This document shows positions 3,771-5,217 of a stretch of 5,217 nt of DNA, piece by piece. Under the pieces are notes generated by a model that did no database searches, was not told the DNA's origin, and saw only the letters and a list, made by a program, of their open reading frames with translations. The DNA is from a virus. The stretch is from the IMG/VR virus record IMGVR_UViG_3300045988_004880, positions 1 to 5,217 of that record. One strand, given 5' to 3'. Positions within the stretch are counted from its first letter, which is position 1; each line of letters opens with the position of its first letter. The position numbers and the translations under genes were made by a program.

Positions 3771-4790
3771 TTAATGACGACCAGTACCGCCGCGAACATT
3801 CCCCTTCGCAGAACTAGCACCGCTGAAAAAATCAGCAACATTACCAAGCCAACCAGAAAGGCCACGGTCAGACTGACTACCAGTAAACAAATCACCAAGA
3901 GCGCCAGCAGCTTCCCAAAAATTTTCAGGATAAGCAGACTTTAAGTCAAACTGCTGGTCGAAGCCAGCTTGCTGAAGCTCACGATTAACATCAGCATTAA
4001 AGGCGGCAATCTCCTTTTGCGTCATAGACTGGATATCATAACCGTACTTTTGCGCAGCAGCATGAATAGAAGCAGCCACCTTCTGAGCAGCAGCAGACTG
4101 ATCGGAAGCATACTTCGTACCAGCCAAATGAGCATCCGCGGTGTACTTCTGAGCCATAGCCTGGATGTTAGCAGTATTAAGTTGGGTCTGAGCTTGCAGA
4201 CCAGCAATATCCTTGGAAGTCTTAGAGGAAAGCTCGGAAGTATATTTACTCATAGCCGTATACTTATCCGCAATAGCCTGATTAGATTGAGCAGATACAC
4301 GAGTAGCCTCTAAGGAAAGAAAGGAAGAAAGCAGAGTACCAAGAAGACCAGAGATAGCGGAATTAGCGCTAGTATCAACATTACCCATAGCACCACTCGG
4401 AGCGCTAGAAGATGCCGAAGCGCCGGAAGTGACAGCAGCACCACTACCGCCAGTAACACTAAGAACGGGATTAAGACCAGCCGCAATTAAATCACGTACC
4501 TCTCTCTGATGGGCAGTAGAGGACATCCTCTCTTGCCAATCACGATTTTTTTGGGCTTCCTCAGAGTTGTATTTTCTTGCAATCTGGGATTGCTGCTCCT
4601 GCCAGGCCCGCAGTTCCTCCGCCTGTTTGGCGGAGGCCGCGGTATTCTGGCCGGCGATACCCTGGAGAGCACCAACAAAAGAGCCGAACTTATTAGCAGC
4701 AGAAGAAGGAGGGGTAGACTGCTGCTTCGCGGAAAGTTGCTGCTTAGCTTGAGTATATTTAGAGCCAAAAGCCCATTCGCCAAGCGTCAT
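3771..4790 (-). CDS. VP2: VP2 minor capsid / DNA pilot protein (functional analogue of phiX174 H), 339 aa
   Basis: ATG 4790-4788 lies 8 nt after GGAGGT (4804-4799); that SD overlaps the VP1 stop (TAAGGAGGT). The block NRDWQERMSSTAHQREVRDLIAAGLNPVLS matches the conserved core I recognise in gokushovirus VP2. It is followed by a Gly/Ser/Ala-rich linker, a hydrophobic helix (AISGLLGTLLSSFLSL) and a long Ala/Gln/Lys-rich helical repeat region. Its position directly after VP1 is typical. Confidence 0.88.
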   Translation of the reverse strand: MTLGEWAFGSKYTQAKQQLSAKQQSTPPSSAANKFGSFVGALQGIAGQNTAASAKQAEELRAWQEQQSQIARKYNSEEAQKNRDWQERMSSTAHQREVRDLIAAGLNPVLSVTGGSGAAVTSGASASSSAPSGAMGNVDTSANSAISGLLGTLLSSFLSLEATRVSAQSNQAIADKYTAMSKYTSELSSKTSKDIAGLQAQTQLNTANIQAMAQKYTADAHLAGTKYASDQSAAAQKVAASIHAAAQKYGYDIQSMTQKEIAAFNADVNRELQQAGFDQQFDLKSAYPENFWEAAGALGDLFTGSQSDRGLSGWLGNVADFFSGASSAKGNVRGGTGRH

Positions 4791-4804
4791 TATATCATAC
4801 CTCC

Positions 4805-5217
4805 TTAGTGGTGGTCAATAAGGCCAGGGATAGAATACACAGGCATAGGCCGAGTAGCCTTACACTGGATGTAGAGGTCGGCAAACATTTGATTAGACAC
4901 AGAACTTGTAACAGCAAGTACGCGGTCAACATTAGTCTTATCCTCACGAATCCAAGCATCAGAGAGCTTGGGCAAAGTAGAATACTCGTCGGCAAGATGC
5001 CAAACATCCAAAGAAGTCGGAGCCTTAGAACGCATTTCACCAGCAACGCGAGAAGGCTTGTAACGGTAGTCGGCCCAAGCTTCCTGATAACCAAAAACCT
5101 CATTATCCTGGGCGGTGCCCTGGGCGTAAATTTCCTTGTTCAAAATAGGCTGCTCACCGATATTGGCAAAGACGGGGAAATAGTAGTCCAGGCGGTCACG
5201 ACGAGACCAGAAACGCT
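4805..5217 (-). CDS. VP1: Major capsid protein VP1, 3' portion (C-terminus and stop). 5077..5217 duplicates 1..141; the unique part is 4805..5076.
   Basis: Same frame as the 1..1384 segment (6460-4805+1 = 1656 nt when unwrapped). Translation: ...ILNKEIYAQGTAQDNEVFGYQEAWADYRYKPSRVAGEMRSKAPTSLDVWHLADEYSTLPKLSDAWIREDKTNVDRVLAVTSSVSNQMFADLYIQCKATRPMPVYSIPGLIDHH, stop TAA 4807-4805. The M at 5143 in the ORF track is an internal TTG (Leu), not the true start. Confidence 0.95.
   Translation of the reverse strand, partial: RFWSRRDRLDYYFPVFANIGEQPILNKEIYAQGTAQDNEVFGYQEAWADYRYKPSRVAGEMRSKAPTSLDVWHLADEYSTLPKLSDAWIREDKTNVDRVLAVTSSVSNQMFADLYIQCKATRPMPVYSIPGLIDHH
5077..5217. repeat. Terminal direct repeat, copy 2 (identical to 1..141)
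   Basis: Same as copy 1. The repeat runs to the last base of the window. Confidence 0.97.

Larger units (their letters stand above)
1..5076 (-). other. One full unit of a circular Microviridae (gokushovirus-like) ssDNA phage genome; the coding (presumed virion-sense) strand is the window minus strand
   Basis: Exact 141-nt terminal redundancy closes the circle at 5,076 nt (divisible by 3, so the VP1 frame is preserved across the junction). The gene set VP1/VP2/VP4/small basic protein/VP5/VP3 is all on one strand with overlapping stop/start signals. About 96 percent of the unit is coding. Confidence 0.9.

Noticed and set aside
4616-4636. An 8-bp GC-rich hairpin (CCTCCGCC-TGTTT-GGCGGAGG) inside VP2
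   Set aside because: It lies within the coding sequence (AKQAEELRAW) and has no T-tract or adjacent start codon. A single 8-bp inverted repeat in 5 kb of GC-balanced sequence is not clearly beyond chance. Noted only as a possible internal structure.
4788-4798. The mini-ORF ATG ATA TAA between the VP2 SD and the VP2 start, and the five-codon mini-ORF ATG GGC CCC TCC TTT TGA starting in the loop of the 1420-1440 hairpin
   Set aside because: At two and five codons they are too short to evaluate, and they are most simply incidental to the SD spacer and the hairpin sequence.
1747-4808. The other plus-strand ORFs (1284..1487, 1747..2052, 2087..2332, 2617..3087, 2660..2848, 3177..3635, 3346..3774, 3687..3944, 3969..4313, 4509..4808, 4567..4752)
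   Set aside because: All lie antisense to well-supported minus-strand genes. Their translations are compositionally odd with no recognisable motifs, and no microvirus is known to encode genes on the complementary strand.
1-5217. CRISPR arrays, tRNA/rRNA genes, integrase/transposase genes, or toxin-antitoxin and defence modules
   Set aside because: I saw no spaced direct repeats and no cloverleaf-compatible segments. All coding capacity is accounted for by the microvirus gene set plus one small orphan ORF.

Overview
This window is one complete, circularly closed genome of a gokushovirus-like Microviridae phage (small ssDNA phage), presented as the complement of its coding strand. Positions 5077-5217 repeat positions 1-141 exactly, so the unique unit is 5,076 nt and the major capsid gene wraps across the window ends. 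All seven supportable genes lie on the minus strand and are tightly packed. In transcription order they are: VP1 major capsid (join 1384..1 and 5076..4805, 551 codons, TTG start), VP2 pilot/minor capsid (4790..3771), VP4 HUH rolling-circle Rep (3714..2584), a 37-aa arginine-rich J/ORF8-like DNA-binding peptide missing from the ORF track (2581..2468), an orphan acidic 61-aa ORF (2471..2286), VP5 (2296..2024) and VP3 internal scaffold (2031..1519). A single 134-nt intergenic region (1518..1385) follows and carries two GC-rich hairpins. Every plus-strand ORF in the track is an antisense shadow. There is no tRNA, rRNA, CRISPR array, integrase, transposase or cellular gene, and I see no novel multi-gene system. 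The items most worth follow-up are: (1) a 13-bp hairpin at the 5' end of rep whose loop shows a phiX174-origin-like CTTG/ATAT, a candidate replication origin that also buries the rep TTG start codon; (2) eight tandem 11-residue repeats in VP2; (3) the orphan acidic ORF; (4) the twin hairpins in the intergenic region; (5) the absence of any recognisable lysis gene. All homology statements come from motif recognition by eye, not from database searches.
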